Shown here in pieces: positions 1 through 12,058 of a stretch of 64,000 nucleotides of DNA. The translations under genes and the position numbers were made by a program. Below the pieces are notes generated by a model that saw only the letters and a list, made by a program, of their open reading frames with translations, made no database searches and was not told the origin of the DNA. Source of the stretch: Octopus sinensis (lineage: Eukaryota). Position 1 is the stretch's first letter. Each line of letters begins with the position of its first letter. The stretch is from assembly GCF_006345805.1 (NCBI RefSeq), contig NC_043004.1:24738001-24802000 (forward strand), written 5' to 3'.

Positions 1-1290
1 ATAAAAATGAAATTATTGTATACAGTGCTCAGGTGCACCACAACTTGTCAAAAAGTGCATACAAAGTATATGCAGTAATGTACAAATGTCTGGAAAGCGA
101 ACTGTGTATGAGTCAGAGACATGCTTGCGTGTGTATGGAGGGGAGAAAATCAGGTGTAGTGTTGGCGAATCTCAGGAAGCATGGAAGTTTTGAAGGATGC
201 AGTGCTCCGACAACTAACAACTGATGCTGGCAGTCTGTTCCATGCTTCAGCAACTCTTAGCATGAAAAAATGTTTCCGATAGTCATGGGAGCTGTGCTGT
301 TTTCTGACTTTGTAAACATGTCCACGAGTGTTAGACAGGTGGAGTTTGAAAAGGTGCTCAGAGTTATTGCTTGTAAGATGGTTTATAATTTTATGGGTGT
401 CTGCCAAGTCAGCTGTCAGACGTCGGAGTTTCAATGTGTCCATGCCCAGGGAAGTAAGGCATTCAGAATATGGCAAATTCCTGATAGAGGGTATTCTCTT
501 GGTTGCACATCGCTGAACGGCTTCCAGACAATTAATATCCTGGGCAAGATAGGGGTTCCAGACCAGTGATGCAAATTCCAGGTAAGGTCGTACCATAGCT
601 ATATAAAGCCGCAGACAGATAGCCGGAGAGCGGCTCACAAAGAACTTGGTGAGTGATGCCAAGACACCCTCAGCCTTCTTGGCAATTTTAGCAATGTGTT
701 TTGTCCAACGCAAATCACTGTCGACAATGATGCCCAGGTCACATTCACACGAAGACTTTTTGAGATTAGTGTTGTGGAGGGAGTAAGTAGATGCTAAGTT
801 TTTCCTCCCAAAATGCATGGTGGTACATTTGTCCACAGCCAGCTTGAGTTGCCAGTCCATGATCCACTGCTGCATTGTCTGATTGCAATAGAAATCTATA
901 GTGTACAGGATCTGACCTCTTTATTTCAAGGTACAGCTTGATGTCATCTGCATATTTCAGCACAGTGGCATTCTTTAAGTTGGCATCTATGTCATTAACA
1001 TATGCAACAAATAAAAGGGGGCCAAGAATAGATCCCTGTGGTACACCAGATGTCATCTGATAGGGTGAAGAGTGCTGTCCTAGAAATGTGACAACCTCTT
1101 TTCGGCTGATAATAAAGGACTTCAACCAGTTATAGAGATCATCTCTTACATCCAACGCAGAGAGTTTCACCATAAGTCTTTTGTGTGGCACAGAGTGAAA
1201 AACCTTAGCAAAGTCCAGGTAAACAACATCCACCCAGGATCCGCGATCAGTGATTGTAAAACATTGTAAAACACTTGTAATTTGCATTAA
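1..1290 (-). mobile_element. 5'-truncated CR1/L2-group LINE (RT domain, C-terminal region, 3' UTR), frameshifted
   Basis: ORF 766-1311 has VDVVYLDFAK, SGVPQGSILGPLLF and YADD (943-954). ORF 150-875 continues with RPYLEFASLVWNPY...LEAVQRCATK...RVAEAWNRLP. The 3' UTR (1-149) matches the + strand copy at 11737-12058. Confidence 0.92.
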
Positions 1291-1684
1291 ATTTTTTTTT
1301 TTTTTTTCCACCTTTCCGCCATCCTGCTATTCATTGTATTTCACAATTGAAATGAAATCTGTTTTCTTTTTGTCATTTATAGTATTCCATTTTCTGAAAT
1401 GCTTCTGCTAAACTTTTAATCTGCAATTAACAAAAAAAATTTTTTGAAACTTCTTAACTGTCTCCCCAACATTTCATCTTGAAATTGCCATTAAAAAAAT
1501 TTCTTCAAAAAATTCCACCCGCATCTTCACCAACTACTTTTTTGTGGGGTGTGGAGGTGGTTGTCACATTTTTATTTTCTGTAAAATCTTTACTTATGAC
1601 ACAAAAAGCAAAGAAACCATATTTATCACTTTTTTTCAACACTCCCATTACTCTTTTTTTTCCCTAAACTTTTTCTCTGCAACA

Positions 1685-1860
1685 TCATCTTCATCATTTA
1701 ATGTCCGTTTTCCAAGCTGGTATGGGTTAGATGGTTTGCTGGAGAGCTGCTTGCACCAAGCTCCAGCCATCTGTTTTGGTTTGGTTTCTACAGCTTGATG
1801 TACTTCCTAACGCCAACCACTTTACAGTGTGTACTGGGTGCCTTCTGCATGTCACAGGCA
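1685..1860 (-). mobile_element. RTE-type LINE 3' end fragment
   Basis: (atc)n tail plus tttaatgtccgttttcc...cttcctaacgccaaccac, shared with many copies in the window. Confidence 0.7.
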
Positions 1861-2166
1861 CGTAAAAATTAAATGAATTATGAGAAAAACAAGAGGTTAT
1901 TCACCTATCTGATTCCACCAAGTGTCAGCAGTCATCATTGCTATCAAATTGAATTTTACATACTATTTTTTTTATTAAAAAAAAGAAAGCAATATCCTGT
2001 TTCAGTTACAAAAATTATACTTCAATTAAAAATATTCTTTTCAATATTTCAAACAACTGAATTTTTTTTTTTCCAGGATACTTCTATAGATGTTTTTTCA
2101 CTCCTTCACTTTTGGTAGATGCTTGATAAAATACTTTGTAATAGCACTCTCTAAGACAAAGTATTT

Positions 2167-2391
2167 CCTATTTCTTTATTGCCCACTTGGAGCTAAACAT
2201 AGAGAGGACAAACAAGGACAGACAAAGAGATTAAGTCGATTAGATCGACCCTAGTGCGTAACTGGTACTTATTTAATCGACCCCGAAAGGATAAGTCGAC
2301 CTCGGCGGAATTTGAACTCAGAACGTAGCAGCAGACGAAATACCGCAAAGCATTTCGCCTGGCGTGCTAACACTTCTGCCAGCTCGCCGCC
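2167..2391 (-). mobile_element. tRNA-derived SINE, family B
   Basis: Reverse strand reads ggcggcgagctggcagaa...gttctgagttcaaattccgccgaggtcgac (pol III A/B-box-like head); same family at 22486, 39454 and 46484. Confidence 0.85.
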
Positions 2392-2529
2392 TTAAAAGGG
2401 AAAGTATTTCCGCCCACTGAAACACATTTCATTTTGAAACCTTTATCTCCTTGTGTGTAGGGAACTCATGTGGAGAAATATTGATATTCTGAACTGAAGG
2501 ATTGCTGATAGCCAAAGTGAAGAATGACA

Positions 2530-2680
2530 GCAGTAACAGAGCTTCAAACTTTCTCCATCCTATTCTTATTCTAGCAACTATACTTTCAGAACATCCTCTT
2601 CCACTGCTAATTAGGTCATATAGGTAACAGAAACTATCTACTACATTTAGGGAGCTCCAGAGCATTTGAGAAAATCAATT
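2530..2680 (-). mobile_element. RTE LINE RT relic
   Basis: Translation LNVVDSFCYLYDLISSGRGCSESIVARIRIGWRKF resembles the RTE segment VDSFCYLGD...RIRxGWxKF. Confidence 0.6.
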
Positions 2681-2832
2681 TCCTGTGTATTCTTGGGGTA
2701 TTCTTTTGTTTTGTAAAATTACTTGTCTGATGATCACGGTCTTTTATGTTCTCATTCTTCTCTTAAAAAATTATGTAAGAAATGGCTGCAATGAGCTGAC
2801 AGTTATCCATCGTATGTTATTATTAATTTGAT

Positions 2833-2868
<36 letters not shown>

Positions 2869-3278
2869 ACCGTGTATATATATATGTATGTATGTAATGT
2901 GTGTGTGGATCAAAGCAGTTTGATCAAACTGTTTTGATCCATGCATGTAACCCCCAATAAATGTGTTGAGGGCCCTTCTTTCGTTTGTCAACTCACTCTT
3001 GTGTGTTTCTATATGCAATACTAATGAACAGTTGTTAGAACTCGACATTCATACATATGCTTTAGAATAAAGCGTTAAGTACAGAGCCTAGTATAAATTA
3101 TTCAATGACAAAGGACATAAATTATGTAATCGACCTCTTTAACTTACAGCTTTCTGCTATAAGGAATTGTACTTAGAGATGAGTGCTTCGGTAACATTTT
3201 AACCCCCACCCCATGTATTCTCTATTTAACCCTCTTAATCCCACTATCGGTTTGATTATATATATATATACGACTGGC

Positions 3279-3667
3279 GGATCTTTTCGGTTTGAACGGC
3301 GGTTTTTAACATAATTTCTAGGTAACAAAAAAATTTTAAACTTCGTATACTGGTAGAATGTGTTTATAAAACATCATTTTCTCTTGGCTTTATTGAGAAA
3401 ATTCTATAGTTTGTAAGATATTTGTTGTTGTTTTTCTTCAATTTCTGCAATTTCAACTAATCAATGACGTGTATTGAGGTAAAAAAAAAACATTCTGTGC
3501 TGTATGAATATGTCCCTTGTTTAAGAAACAGATTGGGTTTATTTACATTTCTGAAGAAAAAAAGATACCCTTCCCCCCACCCCTAACCCTAAAACAGATT
3601 GAAATGCAATAGATCGATATTTGGGTCATAATTATGGGTGACTATTTCATATGACACTGCTAGATCC
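3279..3667 (-). mobile_element. MITE with GGATC termini and 8-bp TSD (Merlin-like), copy A
   Basis: Starts ggatcttttcggtttgaacggc and ends gatcc. Flanks cgactggc (3271-3278) and tgactggt (3668-3675) differ only by C>T changes. It is the reverse complement of copies 4350-4733 and 9719-10130. Confidence 0.85.
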
Positions 3668-3929
3668 TGACTGGTAATTCTGAAATTACGTTCGCTTAAA
3701 AAGAATTGTGTATGCTATCCAAGGGGAACAACTCTTTAAAACTAAGTTTTGCTGCGAACTTAGCAAACCGACGGTAGCTTATTAGCAATGTATATTGATT
3801 TAATTCGAAGTTCGTAGTTGTGAAGAGCGGGAATTGTTTTCAGTCTAAAAATATTAGGAATAGTATCTTTTACTTGTTTGTCATTTAACCGCGGCCATAC
3901 TGGGGCACCGCATCGAAGTTTTCAACCTT

Positions 3930-4275
3930 TTTAACTGGTTGAAATCCTTCATTCTCAACCGAAAGGAGGTAGTCACAGTTCTAGGACAGCATTCTACACC
4001 ATATGAGATGTCATCGGGTGTACCACAGGGATCTGTCCTTGGTCCCCTCTTGTTTGTGGCAAACATTAATGACATAGATGCAAATTTAAAGAATGCCACA
4101 GTATTAAAATATGCAGACGACATCAAGCTGTACCTTGAAATCAAGAGGACAGATCCTGTTGTCTACAGCTCTTTCCTGCAATCAGACCTGGACACAATGC
4201 AGCAATGGATCACAGACTGGCAACTGAAACTGGCTGTGGACAAGTGTACCACCATGCATTTTGGGAAAAAAAAAA
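3930..4275 (+). mobile_element. CR1/L2-group LINE RT fragment (same family as 1-1290, opposite strand)
   Basis: ORF 3939-4352: SGVPQGSVLGPLLF...VLKYADDIKLYLEIKR...WQLKLAVDKCTTMHFG. Confidence 0.9.
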
Positions 4276-4298
4276 CCTGCGTCCACATACTCCCTCCA

Positions 4299-4733
4299 TT
4301 ATGGGTGACATTTTCATTTGACACTGCTAGAAAAAAATCCCATTTTCCGTAGTGGTGTTGTATGAAATTGTCACCCATAATTATAACCCTAGTATCGATC
4401 TATTGCATTTCAATCTATTTTAGATTTAGGGTTATGGGTGGGGCAAGGGTATCTTTTTTCTTCACAAATGTAAATAAACCCAAACTGTTTCTTAAGCGAG
4501 GGACATATTCATTATGCACAGAATGTTATTTATGTCAATGGAGGTAATTGATTGGTTAAAATAGCTGAAATGCAAGTAATTTCAGACGAAATATCTTACA
4601 AACGATAGAATTTTCTCAATAAAGCCAAGAGAAAATGATGTTTTATAAACACATTCTACCTGTATACGAAGTTTAAAACTTTTTAGTTACCTAGAAATTA
4701 TGTTACAAAGTGCCGTTCAAAAGGAAAAGATCC
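4299..4733 (+). mobile_element. MITE copy B with rearranged fold-back left end
   Basis: 4350-4733 aligns to copy C and ends gccgttcaaaaggaaaagatcc. 4299-4338 is an inverted duplicate of the element's left part. Confidence 0.8.
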
Positions 4734-5364
4734 CAAGCTTCTTACCACACAGCCTTCCTGCCCCTGTTGTCTTAGAATTTTGTGTATAAGGACAGTAATT
4801 GTATTTATGCAAGTTTTATCTACTGCTGCAGACATGGCTATGTGGTTATGACGCTTGCTTCTCAACTGTGTAGTCTTGGGTTCAGTCCCATTGCCTGGCA
4901 CCTTGGTTGTCTTCTAGTATAGCCCAGGTCGACCAAAACCTGAGTGGATGTGGTAGACAGAGACTGAAAGTAGCCCATTGTGTGTGTGTGTAGTTTGTGT
5001 TGTTAGTTCAACCGGCTGTGGTTTGTTTACGCCCTTGTTATTACTTCTCAGCAAAAGTGGTGGATAGAATAAGTACCTCATGAAAAATAAAATGAAAAAA
5101 GAAAAGCTAATACTAGAGTTTTGTTTCACAAAATCCTTGAAGGCGATGCCATAGCATGACCACAGTTGAATGACTGAAATAACTAAAAGCTAATAGTCTT
5201 AAAATTTCGTTACTACTTTCAATTGATCCTTTATTTTATTTATTTATTTATTTTTGATAAATGAATTTGCAAACCTGAACTGGAATGACCATTGGATATT
5301 GGGTGCTAGTGTAGCATGTGGTCTACCATGTTGTCAAACAGTATAAGCCTGGGTTATCAACCTT

Positions 5365-6805
5365 AAACGTTCAGTTTGTAAAGGAAACCAATTTTTCCAT
5401 TATATGGACATTAACAACAAATTGAACTGCAAGCTGAGCCTGAGAGATTTTAGAACTAATATTTTTCTTTGTCATGGATGTACCCATGACCACAGCAGTG
5501 ACTAACAAGAAAATCTAAAAATACTATAACTGACTAGTACAATATGTGCCGCGAGGGGTGTGGAGTCATAGTTTATCGATTTGGAGATGGTCTAACGAAT
5601 GGGACCTGTGTCTGAATGTGTCAAAGTGCTGTCATCTGCCTGTTGGCTCTCCTCCTGCAACTCAACTTGATTTCGAGCCGGGTCGTCTGCTGCTGGACCT
5701 GGGTATCTTGGTGGATTCCTCCTTTTCGCCTTCGGCCCAGTGTGTCCATGCTACCAACAAAGCACGCGGAGTTTTGTTCTTGATTCGACGGTCATTCGGA
5801 ATGCTCACAGCAGCCACATTCCTACCGCTCTATGTCATGTTGGTGAGACCCATATTGGAGTACGGGATTCAAGCCTCTTCTCCTTATCTCCTCAAAGACA
5901 TATAGCATCTCAAAAGAGTCCAGAAGCTGGCTACCCGCATGGTTCTTGGTCTCAAGAATTTGTCTTATGAAGAAAGGCTGAAGACGCTTGACCTTTATTC
6001 TCTAGAAAAACGCCGCCGCTGTGTGATCTCATTCTTGCTCACAACATCATAAGCAGAAAATGTAACCTCTCGAAGGAGCTGTTCTTCACTCCTGCTCCAG
6101 AGTGTCGGCTGCGGGGTCATTCCAAAAAGCTCTATCTGTGACGATTTCATCTCAATCGAAGGAGAGGAGCTTTCTCCGTCCGGGTTGCAGATCCGTGGAA
6201 TAAGCTGCCGGACGAGATGGTGAAGATGCCGACGACCGCTCGGTTCAAAGTCTCCCTTGACCACAAGTGGCCTGAACTCTTTACATGAACACCACCCTGT
6301 ACATAACTCCATGTCCCCCTACATGGCCTTGCTTTTTTGCTTTTTGAGCCAAAAAATTAACTAACTAACTAACTAACATGTAGAAGATGGTTGGAACAAA
6401 CGATAACTCCATTCAGATCGACGAAAATACAACTGAGGAAGAATGCTGAATGGTGTCAACACTCCTTTCTTCACTGACAGTGATGCAGAACAATGAAACA
6501 ACAGGAACAATGGACATAGAACTGATCAGCTGTGGGTTTTGGGTCTCAAACAAGTCTCAGACTGTCGATACTTTTGTGTGGAATGGTGTGACAGGAACAG
6601 TCTGATCCCATTCTTGAAAAAGAATGTGAAAAAGGTTCACTAATTCATTCTGATGAGTGGCCTGTTTATAACAATTTTAATGCCATAGGTTATCACCATC
6701 TGATAGTGAACCATCAACGACATTATGTGGATCCAGTGACCAGAGCATGCTTTCAAGCCATTGAGTGATCACAGTTAGATGCTAAAACTATGATTCTGAA
6801 ATATC
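5365..6805 (+). mobile_element. Merlin (IS1016/ISXO2-like DDE) transposase relic, split by a LINE
   Basis: Across frameshifts and stops: KRSVCKGT..NCKLSL.EILELIFFFVMDVPMTT..KSKNTITD*YNM (5365-5547), then MVGTNDNSIQIDE..YN*GRML..WVLGL..DRNSLIPFL..GSLIHSDEWPVY..GYHHLIVNHQRHYVDPVTRACFQAIE (6387-6805). These are the IDE / WVxG / SDxW / VNH..VDP..IE motifs of ISXO2-like transposases. Confidence 0.82.
5548..6377 (+). mobile_element. CR1-group LINE 3' fragment, second family, (ctaa)n tail
   Basis: DLGILVDSSFSPSAQC...LVRPILEYGIQASSPYL...RVQKLATRMV...LSYEERLKTLDLYSLEKRR...RVADPWNKLP. Tail ctaactaactaac at 6357-6377; possible short TSD atgt. Confidence 0.9.
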
Positions 6806-8779
6806 TGAAGTTCTCCAATCTGTTTGACACCATGGTAGACCGCATACTATACTAGCACTAGATATTGTCTGTTTGTAGAGTTTTTTATGGTGCATAGACA
6901 AAATTTAGGTAATTGAGGCATTTCCTGTAAAAGATAGTTAAAATAACACTAGTTTGTTAACAGTTCCTATAGTAGTGGTTGCAATCAAATAAGCATTTTG
7001 GGGACTTGAATTACATGCGTGTGTGTTATTCTGGGTCCATTCAATTTCATATGGTTAGGAATATTGAATCCTGCATTTTAATATTCAACTATGGTGGTAG
7101 CTGAATATTATTCTTAAGGCCGCAATTTACTCACATGCAGCATCTTTCACAGCTTTGTCACTAATTCAGTTCTTAACCAAATTGAAAAGTAACATTTTTG
7201 AAGAGGACTGTTCCCGAGCTACATTTTGGTATTAAAAAATTGAGATTTGGTCCAGTAGAAGAATGTTTACATCAAAATTTGTAGCAATGTTATGGGAAAG
7301 TAAGTAATGCCACCAATCAAGTTTAGATTTAAGTAACTTTTACATTTTAAAAGCAAAATATCTTAGCTTTAATGATAGAAGAAAGCATGAAGAATTTCTT
7401 AGTTTTAGTCCCATGCAACAAAAACCTGTATAAAAAAAAAATTGAGGTAAAATATGAAAAAGAATATAAGTAAGGCAAAAAATTAAGTATAATTAACTTT
7501 TTTATTCTAAAAACAAACTATATTTTAATTAAGCTTAAATGAGAGAGCTCAATTCAAGGAATTTCATGGCATTGATCTCGTGCAATGAAGTTTTAAAAGA
7601 AAAAAGTTATGAGTGTTTGTTTCTCAAATTTGAGGATGATAATATACTTTTTTATGAATATAGTTCTACAAGGGGACTTTTAATATATGTTACTGGCATC
7701 ATTTTGGTAAGGAGAAAATTATCAATGACACTGCTAATTGACACATTATTAATTAGCATAATAGCATAGCCTGGGAAAAACATGGATTTCATGGAAAAAT
7801 GCAAGTAAGAGAAACAATATTAACATGTAAGGATAAAATTTGAATATATTAAAAATTGTTTGATTTTAATTTACAAAGTAACATAATTAAAAAAGGTACC
7901 ATCATTTTGTTAAAATATTGACACCTTAGAATACTTAAAAAATGAGAAGTTTTATGCAAATTAGAATAGTATATATGGTAGGCAAATTCATTATGTGAAA
8001 AAATAGGCATAGGGTCAAGATTAAAAATGTGAAGACTTGGCAATAACTCAAGCAAATTTTACTGTGAATTTGATATAGGTATTATTTCTTATAACCTATA
8101 CATTTTTATAATAATTTCTTTTTAAAATGCAAAAAATAATTTGAGTTATTATTTTTATTACATGTAACAAGTAATAACAAATAGAAGTAATAACTTGTAT
8201 TAAAATTTTTAGTTTTAGAAACACAGTCATAGCTATGTGATTAAGATGTGTGCTTCACAGCTATGTGGTTTAGGGTTTGCTCTCACTATGTGGTACCATG
8301 GGTGTTTTCTATTGCTTTTGATCAATCAATGGTTTGTGAGTGAAATTTGGTAGCTGGGAACTGTATGGATCCTCTGACTTTGTGTTTTGTCTTCTCTTGC
8401 ATTCACATTGACATCACTAATGTTGCAACTTCAGAGATTGTGCAAAGACCAGTGGAATATAGGTACTTGAAAATAAAAGCTGGCATCAGGAAGGGTGTCT
8501 AACTAGTGAACACTGCCCCGAGACATATACTTCTGCTGGTTTCAGTCATTGTTCTATGGCTATGCTATAGTATCACCTTTTTTAGGTTGTAATCTACTGC
8601 TTTAACCCTGGTACTATTGACTTTGGAGGATGAAAAGCTAAGTGGGCCTGGATGGATTTGATTTCAGATTGTAAAAGGTTATTACTAAACATGACAAGGT
8701 ATTTAGTACACCACTTGATTGACTCTACCAGCTCTCCACCATTGTATCATAATTGAACATCTGGTTCTCTTTGCTCCGA

Positions 8780-9010
8780 AAGGTTAGTCAGATGTTCTCT
8801 AGTATAACATCCCTCTGTTTGTGGTCTTATGTCATGTTTGCAAATTTCAACATCTTATGGTCAGCCTCTACTTCTTCCTGCATCTTCTTGGGTATTCTGT
8901 AACACTTGTTGCTTTTCCAGCCATTCTTCATATGCATCACTTGTTTGTACCAGAACAGTTTTCTCTCTTGTATCTACACTTTGTGGCACACATGCACATG
9001 TACGTGAGCA
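8780..9010 (-). mobile_element. RTE LINE C-terminal relic
   Basis: Frameshifted QSVDTREK / LFWYKQVMHMKNG / GRSRG*P..KHDIR, matching RTE 'QSV..LREKL..LRWYGHVMRM..GRGRP..KHD'. Confidence 0.55.
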
Positions 9011-9114
9011 ATTTAATAACCATCCATTTTTACATAAAAAGAAGGGAAACTTTTTGCAAAATTTCTTTTTTTCACTCAAAAGTACAATTATAAGTATGGT
9101 TCAAAGCATATTAA

Positions 9115-9336
9115 CCCTTTTGTTACCGTATTTTTTTTTAGATGCTCTGTGTTTCATTCAATTAATTTTAAAGACAGCAAAGAATTTAGTAAAAGAACTT
9201 AGTTATCATTAAGCTAGTGTTGAGAACATAAATTGTGACTCAGGTTTGGTGGGAGATTTTAATTCAATACTAATGAAAGCAAGACATTTGTACTACAGAG
9301 CCAGAGGCAGTTTTGGCCGGGTTGGTATCAAAAGGG
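9115..9336. mobile_element. piggyBac-type MITE
   Basis: TTAA|cccttt ... aaaggg|TTAA; inverted relative to copies at 17072 and 18966. Confidence 0.85.
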
Positions 9337-9718
9337 TTAATGTCTAATGTTTGTTACTCATACATTATCTACGGACAAGATTTGCTTCTCTATGTTATAC
9401 ATATAAAGTATGGAATAACAGAACCATAGACAGTCAATAAATTAGCCATTTGTCTTTGTTCTAAATCAGGGAAATGGAGTGATGGAAGAAAAAAGGTACT
9501 CACTCAGTTTTAGAAATAGAAACAATTTCTTTTTTTGCTCTTGCAAAAACATCTTGAGTCTTAGTTCAAGTGCACTGGGGAAATTTTTCATTAAGTTTTG
9601 TCTTTCTTTGTGTGTATATATTTTAACTCTTTGGCATTCAGATTTTCTACCAATATAATGCTTATTCATTCACATTGTTTTAAATTAATGATGCATTATC
9701 TTGTAAATTAGAGATTTG

Positions 9719-10130
9719 GGATCTTTTTGGTTTGAACGGTAGTTTTTTTCTAGCGGTGTCATATGAAATTGTCACCCATAATTATGACCCTAGTATCGAT
9801 CTATTGCATTTCAATCTCTTTTAGGGTTAGGGCTGGGGGAAGGGTATCTTTTTTTCTTCACAAATGTAAATAAACCCAATCTGTTTCTTAAACGACGGAC
9901 ATATTCATACAGCACAGAATGTTGTTTACCTCAATGGATGTCATTGATTGGTTGAAATTGCAGAAATTGAAGAAAAAAAAACAACAAATATCTTACAAAC
10001 TATAGAATTTTCTCAATAAAGCCCAGAGAAAAAGATGTTTTATAAACACATTCTACCAGTATACGAAGTTTAAAATTTTTTAGTTACCTAGAAATTATGT
10101 TAAAAACTGCCGTTGAAACCGAAAAGATCC
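9719..10130 (+). mobile_element. MITE copy C (complete, ~27-bp TIRs, 8-bp TSD), inserted in another piggyBac-type MITE
   Basis: ggatctttttggtttgaacggtagtttt ... aaaactgccgttgaaaccgaaaagatcc; flanks gagatttg / aagatttt (6/8 identical). Confidence 0.88.
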
Positions 10131-11056
10131 AAGATTTTAATGATAGTTTATTTTTAGAATGACATAGAAGGGTAGGTGTGAGAATCCAGATCTGGCTGGT
10201 TGAATATGATTAGTTTAATTGCTAAAGGGTTAAAGAGCTATGTGAATTACATACACACTTTTTTGTATTTATTCTGAATCTGTTACTGTGCAAAATGCAC
10301 ATTTTTTCCATGTGATGAATACTTCTTACTGTAGTGGTTCACTCACTTGCTCACTTGCTTCTATTATTGCAAATAGTTATCATATATATATTTGAATAAA
10401 AGCTGTATACCCTCATTTCTTGTGCGTTTACGGTTCCCTGTCTAAAAATTGTCTCTTTATGTTTGCATAAATTGAAAATAAAGATGTTTTTGTATATAAT
10501 GCATGATCAAAAATTTGATAATACTTCCAAAAGAAATAACAAAGAATAGCATTCATTTTACTGAAAAATGGACAGATGTGGCTCTTTCCTAGTCCATTTT
10601 CAACATGTGATGGAAGTACACAAAACTGATTTCTAATTAACTCACTAAATATTCACATGATCACTTAAAACTTTTTTTTTTTTCCTTCAGAATTCAGTGG
10701 TCATGTGGAATTTTAGTCATTACTAAAGCTTGTTATTCTATCTACTAATCTCATTGTCTAAACTTTAGTCAAATTTTTTTTAAAAATCGCTGTGAATAAT
10801 AAACCCTGATTGCAAAAAAAAAAAAATATTCATAATGAATTTTTAATTTAATAAAGAAGGTTTGAATTTTATTCTGAGTTGGAAAAATCCAAAACTGCTC
10901 TGAGTAAAAGTTAAGGATAGTAAACACTGAATAAAAAGTCATCAAGGATAATGGAGAGTGTGGCAAAGTAATTTTATACAGTTATATACAAAAAAAAAAA
11001 ATGTAGGAATCCATAGAATTTCATTGTAAATAAATTCTGAGTTCTTTCTTTTTTTT

Positions 11057-11444
11057 CTTTTTACTTGTTTCGGTCATTTGACTGCGGCCATGCTGGAGCA
11101 CCACCATTAGTCGATCAAATCGACCCCGGCACTTATTCTTTTGTAAACCCAGTACTTATTCTATCGGTCTCTTTTGCCGAACTGCTAAGTAACGGGGACA
11201 TAAACACACCAGCATCGGTTGTCAAGCAATGCTAGGGGGACAAACACAGACACACAAACACACACACATACATATATATATATACATATATACAACAGGG
11301 TTCTTTCAATTTCCGTCTACCAAATCCACTCACAAGGCATTGGTCGGCCCTGGGCTATAGCAGAAGACACTTGCCCAAGATGCCACGCAGTGGAACTGAA
11401 CCCGGAACCATGTGGTTGGTTACCAAGCTACTTACCACACAGCC
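11057..11444 (-). mobile_element. tRNA-derived SINE, family A
   Basis: Head tggctgtgtggtaagtagctt...ggttccgggttcagt, central (TA/CA)n, tail ggtgctccagcatggccgcagtcaaatgac..aacaagtaaaa. About 20 copies in the window. Confidence 0.9.
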
Positions 11445-11512
11445 AATGGAGACTCAGTTTTATAATTTATAATTAAAACACCCTATTAAGCCAACAAAAG
11501 TTGCTGAAAGAG

Positions 11513-11544
<32 letters not shown>

Positions 11545-11736
11545 GCGAACTGGTGAGCAGTTTATACAAAAACAAGTCAAAGGGATATTATTAGATATTC
11601 AAAAGTTTTAGAAAGAAAAATTAGAAGTAAAAATGTCATTTTGAGCATGGCTCTTTGATGGGTAGTGGAAGAAAGTTCAGAGAAGAAAAGGAGGAAGATG
11701 AAGGGAATGGTTAGCCAGGCAAAAACCTTGTGGGTA

Positions 11737-12058
11737 GATACTTGGACACAAAAGAAAACAGCACAGCTCCCCTGACTTCAGGAAACATTTTTTCACGCTG
11801 AGAGTTGCTGAAGCATGGAACAAACTGCCGGCATCAGTTGTTAGTTGTCAGAACACTGCATCCTTCAAAACTTCCATGCTTTCTGAGATTCGCCAACACT
11901 ACACCTGATTTTCTCCCCTCCATACACACGCAAGCATGTATCTGACACATGCATTGTTCACTTCCCAGACATTTGTACATTACTGCATATACTCTGACAA
12001 GTTGTGGTGCACCTGAGCACTGTATACAATAATTTCATTATTATTATTATCATTATTA
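11737..12058 (+). mobile_element. 3' end of CR1/L2-group LINE with (att)n tail
   Basis: Near-identical to the reverse complement of 1-310; ends gcactgtatacaataatttc(att)n. Confidence 0.9.

Noticed and set aside
3148-3197. Minus-strand first coding exon MLPKHSSLSTIPYSRK|gtaagt
   Set aside because: No downstream acceptor near 2.7-2.8 kb continues the frame without an early stop.
7135-7425. Minus-strand segment bounded by a strong acceptor and a gtgagt donor
   Set aside because: Stops in all three frames; at most a non-coding exon, which cannot be supported from sequence alone.
8861-9079. ORF with protein-like composition (EEWLEKQQVLQNTQEDAG) as a host exon
   Set aside because: Adjacent frames give RTE motifs (LFWYKQVMHM, GRSRG*P, KHD); it is a frameshifted LINE relic.
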